DNA from: a virus
Lineage: Duplodnaviria > Caudoviricetes
Direction: 5' to 3' (one strand)
Length of the DNA stretch: 55,043 bases
Virus record (IMG/VR): IMGVR_UViG_3300048838_000123
Coordinates: 1-55,043 of that record
Shown here one piece after another: positions 18,606 to 27,295 of the stretch (position 1 is the stretch's first letter; every line of letters begins with the position of its first letter). The translations under genes and the position numbers were made by a program. The notes under the pieces were generated by a model. It made no database searches and was not told the DNA's origin. It saw only the letters and a list, made by a program, of their open reading frames with translations.

Positions 18606-20054
18606 TTATAGATACTCCTGGGCCATCCAGTTGGCCATGCTCAGGCACACCGCCGCATCGATCTTTAACGACTTCGAGCGCTTAACTAGTCGCAGGCGTT
18701 CGCGCTCTGTCGGGTCGACCTGTTTGTTGGCGTGCATGATGTGCGTGCGTAATGTTTCGTTGCCTGCGTGTGCGATAAGCTTGCTGATGATCCCATCGCG
18801 AAGCATCTTGTCTGACTTGAGTCGCAAGGCGTTCTGTTCGAATGGCTTGAAGTGGGCGTCAACGTGCCCACGCATCTTGGCCATAAACATGTGTAGCTGG
18901 TATGGGTCGTAAGTGACTACAGCGATGTTTGTGTCGCGTGCCAGTTCCTTGATTGCCTCGAACGGTTCGTCGAAGTCGATCTTACCGTTCTTCGGTGGCT
19001 TCCATTCCCTACTGCCGATTGCCAGCACACGCTGCGCACCTGCACGCTCGCGGCCCACCAACGTGAACGCAAACGAGTCATGGTCTGTTGCAGCGTCGAC
19101 AGCAAGCACATGCGGCTGGTTCGGGGGATAGGATAGCACAGTCGCATCGTCGCGTAGGCGATCCCACCAGACAATGTCGTCGAGGAACGGTGTGTCCTCA
19201 TCTGTGCTACCCCAGCCACCTTCGACGTAGACCTTTGCTTCTGCGTCGGAGAGCATCGAACTCCGGGTGTCGGTGTATCGCTGACTGAGCTGTGCAATGT
19301 TATCCCTTGTGTTAAGATTGAACGCCCGCGTTTGCGCCTTAAATGCAGCAAGCGGATCGTCCGGTTGCACAGGGCCGAACCAGTCGTACATCCAGTGCTC
19401 GCCTGGCGAACCTCCTCTAGGTGTACTAGAGAACATTACCTGCGGCGGGATGCCTCCTGGCCCTTCAATGCGTGCACGGCCAGCTAAGACCTTCACCATC
19501 TGGGCGGTCGGCGCTCGACGTACTTCATCGTACGCGCCGAAGTTGACGTTGCCGCCTTCCCATGCAATAGGTTCCTTGAACCCACCGCACATCAACTCTG
19601 TACCGTTAAGGAAGTTTAAGGTAAACTTGTGCTGGGGCTCCCAGTCTGGGTTTGCCCTGTAGCGCTGGCTGGGTACCACATGATGCCATGGACACCATTG
19701 CTGGAACTCTGTCCACAGCGACGTCCGGAAGTGCGGAAGGTCCGGCGATCCCATGATGCCGGTACATCCGCGTCGCAAACGTTCTAGTACCTTAATGACT
19801 AGCCAGGTCGTCTTACCTGAACCTTCTCCGCCAAGCGCTGCTATGTACGGTGTGTGGTCGTCCAGCAGCGCTTCTTGTTCTATGTCTGTGTGTGGTGCGT
19901 ATGTGCGACCTGTCTTCGCGTTAACGTAGATGCCGTCACTCTTGTCCCACGGCGTTGTCCGTTGTCGGTTGGTCGCCTTCCGGAGTTCCAGTTCCTCCAG
20001 CATTGAGTCCAAGGCGAGCAAGTCGTTCAGCGATGCGTTGCTTAAGTTGATCAT
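18606..20054 (-). CDS. terL: Terminase large subunit
   Basis: Walker A GGEGSGKT, Walker B FGAYDE, nuclease LAVD...D and KIDAAV; start refined to ATG 20054. Confidence 0.92.
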   Translation of the reverse strand: MINLSNASLNDLLALDSMLEELELRKATNRQRTTPWDKSDGIYVNAKTGRTYAPHTDIEQEALLDDHTPYIAALGGEGSGKTTWLVIKVLERLRRGCTGIMGSPDLPHFRTSLWTEFQQWCPWHHVVPSQRYRANPDWEPQHKFTLNFLNGTELMCGGFKEPIAWEGGNVNFGAYDEVRRAPTAQMVKVLAGRARIEGPGGIPPQVMFSSTPRGGSPGEHWMYDWFGPVQPDDPLAAFKAQTRAFNLNTRDNIAQLSQRYTDTRSSMLSDAEAKVYVEGGWGSTDEDTPFLDDIVWWDRLRDDATVLSYPPNQPHVLAVDAATDHDSFAFTLVGRERAGAQRVLAIGSREWKPPKNGKIDFDEPFEAIKELARDTNIAVVTYDPYQLHMFMAKMRGHVDAHFKPFEQNALRLKSDKMLRDGIISKLIAHAGNETLRTHIMHANKQVDPTERERLRLVKRSKSLKIDAAVCLSMANWMAQEYL

Positions 20055-20544
20055 CGGACAACGTCGACAGATTGATCTTGGTCTCCGTAGGCACAGCCGC
20101 ACGATCAAGGATCGACTTGGCTGCGGCAAGGGCATCTTCTGTGTTCAACAGTTGCACCAGCTTGACCGCTGCATCGGGAGCAAAGTACTGAAGCATGACC
20201 CTGGCTTCCATTGAAGCGCGCAGGGTAAGTTGGTTAACAAAGTCGTCATACGCTCCTGCCCTCGGTTCCCAGTCGTACAGCTGTGCTTGCCGCACCCAGT
20301 CAGTTACATCGTTTTTGGGTGCCTGGGTGCCGGCAGTCTTAGCCTTGGAACGGGCTTGCTGCACTGTACGGCTGGGACCGAGAGACACGTATAGGAGAAA
20401 CCTGTCATACCAAAGACCGTCTTCGTCTTCGCGGCGGCTCCACGGGCCAGGGGGAACATCGCTGGCGTCGAGTAGCCACAAGCGCTTAAACTGTTGGGCC
20501 AAGCGCGCCGAATCCGGAAGTGAATCTTCTGCTGACATGTTCAC
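19936..20544 (-). CDS. terS: Terminase small subunit
   Basis: Directly upstream of and overlapping TerL; W.R..E....Y..F..Y..LGPSR...W..RA.AYD pattern. Confidence 0.75.
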   Translation of the reverse strand: MNMSAEDSLPDSARLAQQFKRLWLLDASDVPPGPWSRREDEDGLWYDRFLLYVSLGPSRTVQQARSKAKTAGTQAPKNDVTDWVRQAQLYDWEPRAGAYDDFVNQLTLRASMEARVMLQYFAPDAAVKLVQLLNTEDALAAAKSILDRAAVPTETKINLSTLSDDQLKQRIAERLARLGLNAGGTGTPEGDQPTTDNAVGQE

Positions 20545-20549
20545 TTTTT

Positions 20550-20579
20550 ATTTTACGCCAAAGGACAAAAGAAAAGCAA
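20550..20579 (-). promoter_or_regulatory. Sigma70-like promoter of the late operon
   Basis: TTGCTT-N18-TAAAAT, 5 nt before GTG 20544. Confidence 0.6.
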
Positions 20580-20694
20580 TTGGAAGATATGCGCTAATAC
20601 CCCTATTTTTGTGGCGTCACGCAGATGCACACCCTCTTGAATGCGCCGAGCATCTACCGCAAAGTGTTTACCGTTCCTGGTGTGAAGATAAATG

Positions 20695-20871
20695 AAAAGA
20701 TCAAACGAGTCAGAAAAATAGGTCCTCTAAAAATTTCGTTGGATAAGCTATATATAAAAATTTGGAATATCTTCTCGTCAGTGCTTATCGCGTTCTTTAT
20801 CAACTTTGCATATATAGCGTATATGGGGGCAATGAATGGAGTCCCTATTTTTTTGACTCGTTTGTTCTTTT
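20695..20871. repeat. AT-rich dyad-symmetric element (origin or packaging site candidate)
   Basis: 28-bp inverted repeat 20695-20722 / 20844-20871 (2 mismatches) plus inner GCTATATAT / ATATATAGC, both centred near 20783. Confidence 0.7.
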
Positions 20872-20906
20872 TATTTTTCTTTCTTCTTTCTTTCTTCTTC
20901 TTCTCT

Positions 20907-20939
20907 GTTAAGGTTGATTTAAGGATTCAGGCGTACAAT
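20907..20939 (+). promoter_or_regulatory. Class A phased-repeat promoter
   Basis: GTTAAG-N5-TTTAAG-N10-TACAAT. Confidence 0.65.
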
Positions 20940-20985
20940 AGAGAGTCAGTCGCGTCACATTACACCGCGACAAGGAGCAAGTAAC

Positions 20986-21549
20986 ATGAGACAATGGGCA
21001 ATGAATCCGGCTATCATGTGCGATCGCCATCTGCTTGGTGAACACAACGAACACCACGCAATGCTGGGCACGATGCGCAAGAGGATGAAGATCGACAACT
21101 ACATCGCATGGAACCTCTTCAATCCAGGTACACTGGCGGGGCGCCACGAGTCGATCAAGATCGAGATGCTGGCACGCAACTTCAATCACGACACACCGAT
21201 CAACATCGCAGAGGCAGCTGGCATGGCAGCTATCTACGGCAACCATCCCATCGACATTCGACTCAGCAACCTCGAACTGCTGCGTCGCTGCCCAGAGTGC
21301 CGCAAACGTTTCTACGGTCGGCTCGGCGAGTACATCAAACTGGCAAAGGAAGAACAGCCACGCCACGCACAAGACACAACGATCATGTTGGACTACGCAC
21401 TCGCACTGATGAACGACGACTACGCAACTGGACTCGCCGTTACTGACTTCTTGGTCGCCAACAAACGACTAACGCTGGTGCTGCAAGACGAGTGCTACGA
21501 TCCGAAGCCGGCAAATCGCACGCGCTACGCTGCGCGGCAGGTAGCCTAG
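20986..21549 (+). CDS. Pyrimidine-dimer DNA glycosylase / endonuclease V (DenV-like) family protein
   Basis: MRQW..NP..MCDRHLLGEH.E.H...RH....EM..R..NH.TP pattern; AAGGAG SD. Confidence 0.7.
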   Translation: MRQWAMNPAIMCDRHLLGEHNEHHAMLGTMRKRMKIDNYIAWNLFNPGTLAGRHESIKIEMLARNFNHDTPINIAEAAGMAAIYGNHPIDIRLSNLELLRRCPECRKRFYGRLGEYIKLAKEEQPRHAQDTTIMLDYALALMNDDYATGLAVTDFLVANKRLTLVLQDECYDPKPANRTRYAARQVA

Positions 21550-21559
21550 AGGGTGTGCT

Positions 21560-22015
21560 ATGAGCGAACAACCTACCAACGATCGCCTGTCGCAAGACAT
21601 CATTGAACTGCATGAAGCCGGCATGTCGCGCGAACAGATCGCCGCCGAGCTGCAAGTGTCGCTGCGTACGGTAAAGATGACGATAGGCGTCGACAAAGAC
21701 GCCGTCGTGCAAGCGTACCAGGATCCCAAACAAGAGCCTGTGTCGTCGATCGCCTACCGCTTCGGCCTGTACGTGCCCGAAGTGTATGCGATCCTGGACG
21801 AGCGCAACATACAACGCCGGTCGTCAGGCAACATGGGTCCGAACTTTGATCGCCGGCGTGTGTCGAAGTTCCAACTCGACATGGCTGTGGAGATGTACGT
21901 CGACGGGCAACTACTTTCGTGGATTAAGAACGAGACCGGCATCAGTCAGCCGACACTGCACCACGAACTACGCAAGCGCGGCATCCCACTGCGCGGCAAG
22001 GGTAAGCGAGCATGA
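21560..22015 (+). CDS. Multi-HTH DNA-binding protein
   Basis: GMSREQIAAELQVSLRTV and two further HTH-like segments. Confidence 0.7.
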   Translation: MSEQPTNDRLSQDIIELHEAGMSREQIAAELQVSLRTVKMTIGVDKDAVVQAYQDPKQEPVSSIAYRFGLYVPEVYAILDERNIQRRSSGNMGPNFDRRRVSKFQLDMAVEMYVDGQLLSWIKNETGISQPTLHHELRKRGIPLRGKGKRA

Positions 22016-22311
22016 TCATCCTTTTTACATACGGCACTAAGGCGGTGTGCGGCACTCACCACGGCAACATCGTCGTCGACACGCTCGACAACGTTCGACG
22101 CAAGATCAATGGCTATGTTGGCCCGCAGCTGTATTGCATGCGCGTGCACGGTAACTCTGTCGCACTGGGCCCGCTTACCGATGGCGGCGACCCCGTTGTT
22201 CTGCAGCTGCGGCGCTATTACCACGGGGAACTAATCTTCAGCGCCGGCTATAGCGACCCCCATCACATTTGGGCCTATTTTGTTGCCGATGAAATTCTGA
22301 ATTCTAAATAG
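22012..22311 (+). CDS. Hypothetical protein
   Basis: ATGA-coupled to the upstream gene. Confidence 0.6.
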   Translation: MIILFTYGTKAVCGTHHGNIVVDTLDNVRRKINGYVGPQLYCMRVHGNSVALGPLTDGGDPVVLQLRRYYHGELIFSAGYSDPHHIWAYFVADEILNSK

Positions 22312-22430
22312 ACCTAAAGCATGGCGATTAAACCGGTTTAGTTTGCGATTTGAAGCGCGTTCCCCGGTGCCTTAATAGATTTGTCTAAAAGCGCCTGGAA
22401 CATTGAAATTTCGCGCGTTTTTGGCGCAAC

Positions 22431-22474
22431 AAAAAGGCTCGGGTCGCCTGGTCTCCCCAGCAACGACCCGAGCC
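22431..22474 (-). terminator. Rho-independent terminator
   Basis: 11-bp stem GGCTCGGGTCG / CGACCCGAGCC plus T-tract on minus strand, right after stop 22476. Confidence 0.8.
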
Positions 22475-22475
22475 C

Positions 22476-22874
22476 TTACTTTGTAGCTAGCGACTGCGCG
22501 AATGCTTCAACTGCCTGCCAGCCTACCGTGTAGTGGATGGTAGTCCACAGCAGCGTACCCCAAAACAAGAAGCCCACTAGTGCCTTACTGAACCACGCGC
22601 CGTCGGCACCTGTCTGTGTCTCGACAAAGGAGGTGTGCGCTACATCCCTGAACCCGGGTCGCAGTACGCGGTGCTCGAACACTTCGGCCACCTGCATGTA
22701 CAGCCACACTGGTGCGATACAGATGATCAAGCATTGTGTCAGGACAGGCTGTGCTGCCACGAACGCGACTAGGTCAGGCGACGCACCTTCATGAATGCCG
22801 AGCCAGACCGCGAATGCCAGTGCGATCAAGAGGATGTGGAAGATGATTGCACCACATGCATACAGTACACGCAT
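22476..22874 (-). CDS. Membrane protein (3 TM)
   Basis: Hydrophobic segments; GGGGGAG SD. Confidence 0.7.
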   Translation of the reverse strand: MRVLYACGAIIFHILLIALAFAVWLGIHEGASPDLVAFVAAQPVLTQCLIICIAPVWLYMQVAEVFEHRVLRPGFRDVAHTSFVETQTGADGAWFSKALVGFLFWGTLLWTTIHYTVGWQAVEAFAQSLATK

Positions 22875-22882
22875 GCTCCCCC

Positions 22883-24061
22883 CTACCGATACCGGTACAC
22901 ATTGCCGTCCACCGTAATCACGACGATGTCGCCCTGTACCATCTTCATGCGCACGATCTTGCTATCGAAGCGCTTCACCAGCGAATCACCACTCAGGCGC
23001 CGTACATCGCCAACGAAGTCAGCGTACCACACGTCCGCCCCCTGTGCCGCAACGCCAACGACGGACCCACCGAGATAACGATACTGGTGTACGGCATCGA
23101 CCTTAACCAGCGTACCGCACTTTCCACTCGTCCAGTCTGCAGGCCGCGAACCTTCATAGCACGGCCAGCCATAGTGCGGCACATCGTCGTCGTCTGCATC
23201 GGCAAACGTCAGATCAAGCAAGTTGATCTCTTCCCACGTACTCTCGCCAGGGTCGACAAACCACAGGCCGCCTGGCAGCAGCTCCAGTGCCCACGGGTTG
23301 CGAACACCGGTTGCGATCTGCTGTCGCACACCGGTAACGGGGTCCACAGACCACAGCGACCCGAACTCGTATTCAGGATCTGTCATGATCCAGTCGCCGC
23401 GCTGATCGTCGCCGAGCCCTACATACAGTCGCTTCGTCGCATGCGAGTACACCATGCCACCCGCTGCGTGCTTGTTGCCTACTTGCTGTGCGAACACAGT
23501 CACCGGATCGATGTCGCGTTCATCGGGTTGTATCTCGACCAGCGTAACGCGCCGATCGCCGCGCACGTACAACGCCCATATACGATTGACACCATCCGTC
23601 GCTAGTGCCAGCAATCCGTTCTCGCCGCGCGTGTCTACCGAATCGAAGTACGTCCACAGTTCGTTGCCCGCAAACACTCTGCCGTCTTTCGTGGCTGTGT
23701 AACACGTTCGCTGTGTGCACACGTAGTCGGTCACGATTGCGCCCGGCACTGACGCGACGATGTCTTGCGACACTGCCCGCACAGTATGCCACGTGCCCGG
23801 GCCGCGCCCAATGACCGGCATGTACACGTTCGTAGAGGTGTGCCATGGCGGATCGGCGATCACTTCGGTCTGTGCCCGGGCCGATCGCGCTGTACCGAAC
23901 AACATCAGTATGCCCAAGAGCACCACCGCGACTGCGAGCGCAATTACAAACAACACAGTCGCCGTGTTCCTGACCTGCATTGCCGCACGCCGATGCGAGC
24001 TCAAATCGTTCTGAGTGTAGGGGCCGTTGACTGACCCACCCTGCCCCAGTTTTCTGTTCAT
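22883..24061 (-). CDS. Exported glucose/sorbosone dehydrogenase (GSDH)-family beta-propeller
   Basis: LYVGLGD, GVRNPW, DPGESTWEEIN, YGWPCYEG; N-terminal TM/signal and VYMPVIGR motif; AGGAG SD. Confidence 0.85.
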   Translation of the reverse strand: MNRKLGQGGSVNGPYTQNDLSSHRRAAMQVRNTATVLFVIALAVAVVLLGILMLFGTARSARAQTEVIADPPWHTSTNVYMPVIGRGPGTWHTVRAVSQDIVASVPGAIVTDYVCTQRTCYTATKDGRVFAGNELWTYFDSVDTRGENGLLALATDGVNRIWALYVRGDRRVTLVEIQPDERDIDPVTVFAQQVGNKHAAGGMVYSHATKRLYVGLGDDQRGDWIMTDPEYEFGSLWSVDPVTGVRQQIATGVRNPWALELLPGGLWFVDPGESTWEEINLLDLTFADADDDDVPHYGWPCYEGSRPADWTSGKCGTLVKVDAVHQYRYLGGSVVGVAAQGADVWYADFVGDVRRLSGDSLVKRFDSKIVRMKMVQGDIVVITVDGNVYRYR

Positions 24062-24120
24062 GTGTCTCCTACCAATGAACGAGCGCCGACTTGCGCCGGC
24101 GCCCCTGCTTTCGCTTCCGC

Positions 24121-24375
24121 CTAGTCTTGCCAGGCTTTCGCACCCATGTACTCTTCGTCGTCTTCGTCTTCGTCGTCTTCGTCGTCGTCTTCTTCAGGAT
24201 TTTGCTCTGCTTCCACGGCAGAAGAAGAAGAAGCAAACGGCAAATGCAACTGTGCTGCCTGGTCTGCCGGCACTGCTTCGTAGAACCCAGTCTCGTCTGC
24301 CACGACGATTGAGAAGCCCGCTCGCCCTAGAATGTTGACCAGCAATGCAAGCCCACTATCTGAACTACCGGACAC
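24121..24375 (-). CDS. Small protein with highly acidic C-terminus
   Basis: GGAGGTGATC SD plus GTG; EEDDDEDDEDEDDEE. Confidence 0.7.
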   Translation of the reverse strand: MSGSSDSGLALLVNILGRAGFSIVVADETGFYEAVPADQAAQLHLPFASSSSAVEAEQNPEEDDDEDDEDEDDEEYMGAKAWQD

Positions 24376-24386
24376 GGATCACCTCC

Positions 24387-24560
24387 CTACGGACGTGTAG
24401 TGATGAACGCCGACACAAGAACCACTACGCTTAACGCGCCAACAACAAATCCTGCTGCGCGCACCATGCTCCGGGGTGTGCCTGGCTTCATGCGATTACC
24501 AACGGCAACAACCCCGGCAGCGACGACGAGACCGACAACTGCAAATGCTAGATCACCCAT
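24387..24560 (-). CDS. 57-aa two-TM protein (not in ORF track)
   Basis: MGDLAFAVVGLVVAAGVVAVG...GFVVGALSVVVLVSAFITTRP; fills the gap between neighbours; GAAGGGGG SD. Confidence 0.65.
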   Translation of the reverse strand: MGDLAFAVVGLVVAAGVVAVGNRMKPGTPRSMVRAAGFVVGALSVVVLVSAFITTRP

Positions 24561-24960
24561 TGTCGCCCCCTTCGTCTTCGTTCAACTGCGTCAACTCGTA
24601 CAACGTGTCGTCGTCGAGCTCTTCGGCCATGACGCGCACCTCTTCCACCGTAGTAGCTTTGTCGAATCGTTCCTTCGCCTCTGCAACCTTGTCGCGTAAC
24701 ACTTGTGGATCACCTCCCTGCTGTGCCCAGCGTGCCTGGATCAGTTCAATGGATGCCAGCGCCATGCGCGCCAGCTCGAATAGTGCGTTGATCGCCGCGG
24801 CACTGTCTTCGTACACGTCATGGCGATCCGCATCGTAGATGTTTTCGTCTTCATCGATCACATTGACCGTCGGTCGCAGTACTGCCGGATTGCCGATCAC
24901 TTCCACGGCATGCATCGCTGCGCCGTCCCAGTACCACTGCGTGTCGTCAACTGTTGCCAT
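24553..24960 (-). CDS. Hypothetical protein
   Basis: Start refined to ATG 24960 (GGGAGG SD). Confidence 0.7.
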   Translation of the reverse strand: MATVDDTQWYWDGAAMHAVEVIGNPAVLRPTVNVIDEDENIYDADRHDVYEDSAAAINALFELARMALASIELIQARWAQQGGDPQVLRDKVAEAKERFDKATTVEEVRVMAEELDDDTLYELTQLNEDEGGDNG

Positions 24961-25177
24961 CGTCTTCCTCCCTGAGCACCTGAACGTTGCTCTGGTCGAC
25001 GTACCAAAACTTGCCCGTGTCACGCCCCTTGAAGCCGACGCGCTTTACCTTGCGCCCCCACTTCGGTATGCCGACCCACGATGCAACACCTGCTTCGCCT
25101 ACTGGGCACTGTGGCGCTGTGCGATCTTCACGCGTTAGCTGCACCACGTCGCCCACCTTGATCTCTTCGTCACTCAT
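24947..25177 (-). CDS. Small SH3/KOW-like beta-barrel protein
   Basis: IKVGDVVQL...GEAGVA...VGF...WYV..SNV. Confidence 0.6.
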   Translation of the reverse strand: MSDEEIKVGDVVQLTREDRTAPQCPVGEAGVASWVGIPKWGRKVKRVGFKGRDTGKFWYVDQSNVQVLREEDDGNS

Positions 25178-25373
25178 TCTTGCTATCCGCCTTGCGAGCC
25201 TTGTCGTTGCACGGTTTCAAGTTGCCGCGCAGACGCAAGGCACGCCCCTTGCCGTGATCGAACTCGACCGTAACCACGTTCTTGTTCACCTGCACCACTG
25301 TTCCCGTCTGCGTCGATGCCGCGTCGACTGGACTCGTTGAAATCACACGGCTTCCCCTTCGAAACTTGAACAT
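25170..25373 (-). CDS. Small SH3/KOW-like beta-barrel protein
   Basis: FRRGSRV...GTVV...VTVEFD.G...NL; AGGAG SD. Confidence 0.6.
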   Translation of the reverse strand: MFKFRRGSRVISTSPVDAASTQTGTVVQVNKNVVTVEFDHGKGRALRLRGNLKPCNDKARKADSKNE

Positions 25374-25374
25374 G

Positions 25375-25629
25375 TCATTCTCCTGTATAGTTGTTGTATG
25401 TCTTGTTGTGCCACACCCTGACCTCGAACCCGCTCTTGAGTAACTGGTTCGCGATGGATGTTAACTCCGTGTCGTCTGCTGTCGTTTCGCCTTTGGTAGA
25501 CCAAGCTGCGCGGTCGTGCGCCCGTAGATACAGCGCGCGCCATACGATGCCCGAGATGCGTAGTGGCCCGTTCCAAGACACCCACATCCAGTCATTCGTT
25601 CCACGCAGCCGTACCTGTATCTTAAACAT
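25375..25629 (-). CDS. Hypothetical small protein
   Basis: Packed in the minus-strand array. Confidence 0.65.
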   Translation of the reverse strand: MFKIQVRLRGTNDWMWVSWNGPLRISGIVWRALYLRAHDRAAWSTKGETTADDTELTSIANQLLKSGFEVRVWHNKTYNNYTGE

Positions 25630-25645
25630 CGTCGATCGTCCTGCC

Positions 25646-25711
25646 CTACAGCCGCTTAGCTTTTGCCTTGCCCTTGCTGTCTGCCGGTAGTCGTCGTGCT
25701 CGCCTTGCCAT
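25646..25711 (-). CDS. Possible 21-aa basic micropeptide (MARRARRLPADSKGKAKAKRL)
   Basis: ATG 1 nt after the upstream stop; fills an intergenic gap. Confidence 0.35.
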   Translation of the reverse strand: MARRARRLPADSKGKAKAKRL

Positions 25712-25712
25712 G

Positions 25713-26006
25713 CTACTCTTTGTAGCCCAACGCCTCGAGTCGACCCATGGTCTCCGCGACGCCGTACACGTCACCCTTGTTCGCGAGTTGAATGCGCTCT
25801 GCCAGCAGCTCGTCGATGCGTGCCTTGAGGCCTTCTGGTGACACCGGCTGCACTGCCATCGTTGAAACCCACGTTGCTGTCTCTGCCCAGTACCCGCTCT
25901 CGCGAACGGCTTGTTGCGCGACCGTGAACATGCTATCGCTCAACATGTTCACGGTCTGCAGGTTCGTCTGTGAACGCTTGTAGCGTTGTAGTGCGACCTG
26001 AGTCAC
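25713..26006 (-). CDS. Hypothetical protein
   Basis: GTGA overlap with the upstream stop; GAGGAGG SD. Confidence 0.65.
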   Translation of the reverse strand: MTQVALQRYKRSQTNLQTVNMLSDSMFTVAQQAVRESGYWAETATWVSTMAVQPVSPEGLKARIDELLAERIQLANKGDVYGVAETMGRLEALGYKE

Positions 26007-26386
26007 CCTTCATCCTCCTCGTTGGCTTCGTGCACACCCACGTAGCCCATCAGTTCCTCAGCCACGCTGTCCATCTTGTCGTCGAGTACCTTCTGCAGCC
26101 CGTCGTTGTACACAAAGCCGACCTCATTGAAGTCCTGGCTCACTGCTGAGCTACCGCTACCGATACGCAGCGCCTCTGCGATGTCGCAATCGCGGCTGCC
26201 GTAGCCGCTAATGAACGCATCCAGGTGATTGAAGAAGTAGGCATCCAAGTACCCGTTGCCCCCAGTCATCTCCCGTACGCCCTCGCGCATCATGTCGACC
26301 GCCTGCCGAAGCAATGCGCCCCCAACTGCTATCTTCGCCACACTCGTCACGTTGTCGTGCGTCATCTCTGCCTTATTCTGTGCCAT
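26003..26386 (-). CDS. Hypothetical acidic protein
   Basis: AGGAG SD; follows a class A promoter. Confidence 0.75.
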   Translation of the reverse strand: MAQNKAEMTHDNVTSVAKIAVGGALLRQAVDMMREGVREMTGGNGYLDAYFFNHLDAFISGYGSRDCDIAEALRIGSGSSAVSQDFNEVGFVYNDGLQKVLDDKMDSVAEELMGYVGVHEANEEDEG

Positions 26387-26408
26387 GATTTGTTTCTCCT
26401 ATGGATAG

Positions 26409-26452
26409 ATTGTAACCTGTTCAGATGAGACTAGTATGAATGTTTGATGAGA
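26409..26452 (-). promoter_or_regulatory. Class A phased-repeat promoter
   Basis: TCTCAT-N5-ATTCAT-N5-TCTCAT-N10-TACAAT. Confidence 0.75.
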
Positions 26453-26461
26453 GTTTTTTCG

Positions 26462-26659
26462 TCACTCGATCTCGTGCACCGACACCTCGCAACCCTGGAA
26501 GCTGCGCAGCGCGCGCGCCATGGCGCGGGCGACTTTCGTCCACGATGTGTACTCAGTAGCGTTGCGGCGTTCGTCGACAATCTTGATCACGTCGTTCTGC
26601 CGGGTGTTGATGTACTTCCAACCGTTGCCCGTGTCGATCTTGATAATGTAGTGCTTCAT
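26462..26659 (-). CDS. Hypothetical small protein
   Basis: 65 aa downstream of a class B promoter. Confidence 0.7.
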   Translation of the reverse strand: MKHYIIKIDTGNGWKYINTRQNDVIKIVDERRNATEYTSWTKVARAMARALRSFQGCEVSVHEIE

Positions 26660-26692
26660 GATTTTGTTTCTACCGTACTGTTTGATGTTTGA

Positions 26693-26751
26693 ATTATACG
26701 TCAGGGCGACGACGAGGCCACCCTGACATCCGTACCGTTGTACCCGTGACG
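26693..26751 (-). promoter_or_regulatory. Class B promoter module 1
   Basis: GTGGCC-N17-TATAAT with upstream GTCA boxes 23 bp apart. Confidence 0.75.
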
Positions 26752-26753
26752 TT

Positions 26754-26975
26754 CTACGCCTGCTCGATCTTCACGCTGCAACCCGGGTAACGAACGATGG
26801 CATTCGCCATAAGGCGCTGCGCCTCACCTATGGTCAACTTCGATGCACGGTCTTCTACTGTCAGCATGTATATCGGGCCCATGTTGGAGTTCATCTTCAC
26901 CAAGTTCACGTAACCACTGGCAATCGTCGCTTCCACGTACATCGTAACTTTCGGGGTTTGGGTTTTGTTAGCCAT
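26754..26975 (-). CDS. Hypothetical small protein (leaderless; MANKTQTPKV...)
   Basis: Start refined to ATG 26975, 6 nt after TATAAT. Confidence 0.7.
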   Translation of the reverse strand: MANKTQTPKVTMYVEATIASGYVNLVKMNSNMGPIYMLTVEDRASKLTIGEAQRLMANAIVRYPGCSVKIEQA

Positions 26976-26981
26976 GTCTCT

Positions 26982-27052
26982 ATTATACGTCAGAGGCGCC
27001 GAATAGCACCCCTGACGTATGTCCCATTGTTCCCGGGACGGTCCGGGGACGG
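26982..27052 (-). promoter_or_regulatory. Class B promoter module 2
   Basis: GTGCTA-N16-TATAAT-N6-ATG; GTC boxes spaced 23 and 11 bp. Confidence 0.8.
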
Positions 27053-27055
27053 TGT

Positions 27056-27289
27056 TTACTTGAGCTTGTAGACAATAATCGACGTCTTGATCGTGCGCTG
27101 GACAATAACGTCCTGCGACTCCAGCACGTTTAGTGCGTGTATTGCCTCTTTCGTGCCACCGGGCGCATTCTTGCACAACCATTGTCGAGAACGATACTCC
27201 CATGCCGTACCGTACGCCTTGCTCAGTTGCTTGAGAATCCACTCTGCCGTGTTCGTGTTCACTTTCGGGGTTTTGGTGTTCTTATTCAT
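27056..27289 (-). CDS. Small winged-helix-like protein (leaderless)
   Basis: WILKQL...EAIHALNVLESQDVIV...VYKL pattern. Confidence 0.6.
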   Translation of the reverse strand: MNKNTKTPKVNTNTAEWILKQLSKAYGTAWEYRSRQWLCKNAPGGTKEAIHALNVLESQDVIVQRTIKTSIIVYKLK

Positions 27290-27295
27290 GGCTTG

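Noticed and set aside
20625-20984. 119-aa Phe-rich ORF as a membrane protein
   Set aside because: It is a translation of the AT-rich dyad and pyrimidine tract and overlaps promoter elements
24152-24195. TCTTCGTCG tandem repeat as a regulatory element
   Set aside because: Explained by the Asp/Glu codon run on the minus strand
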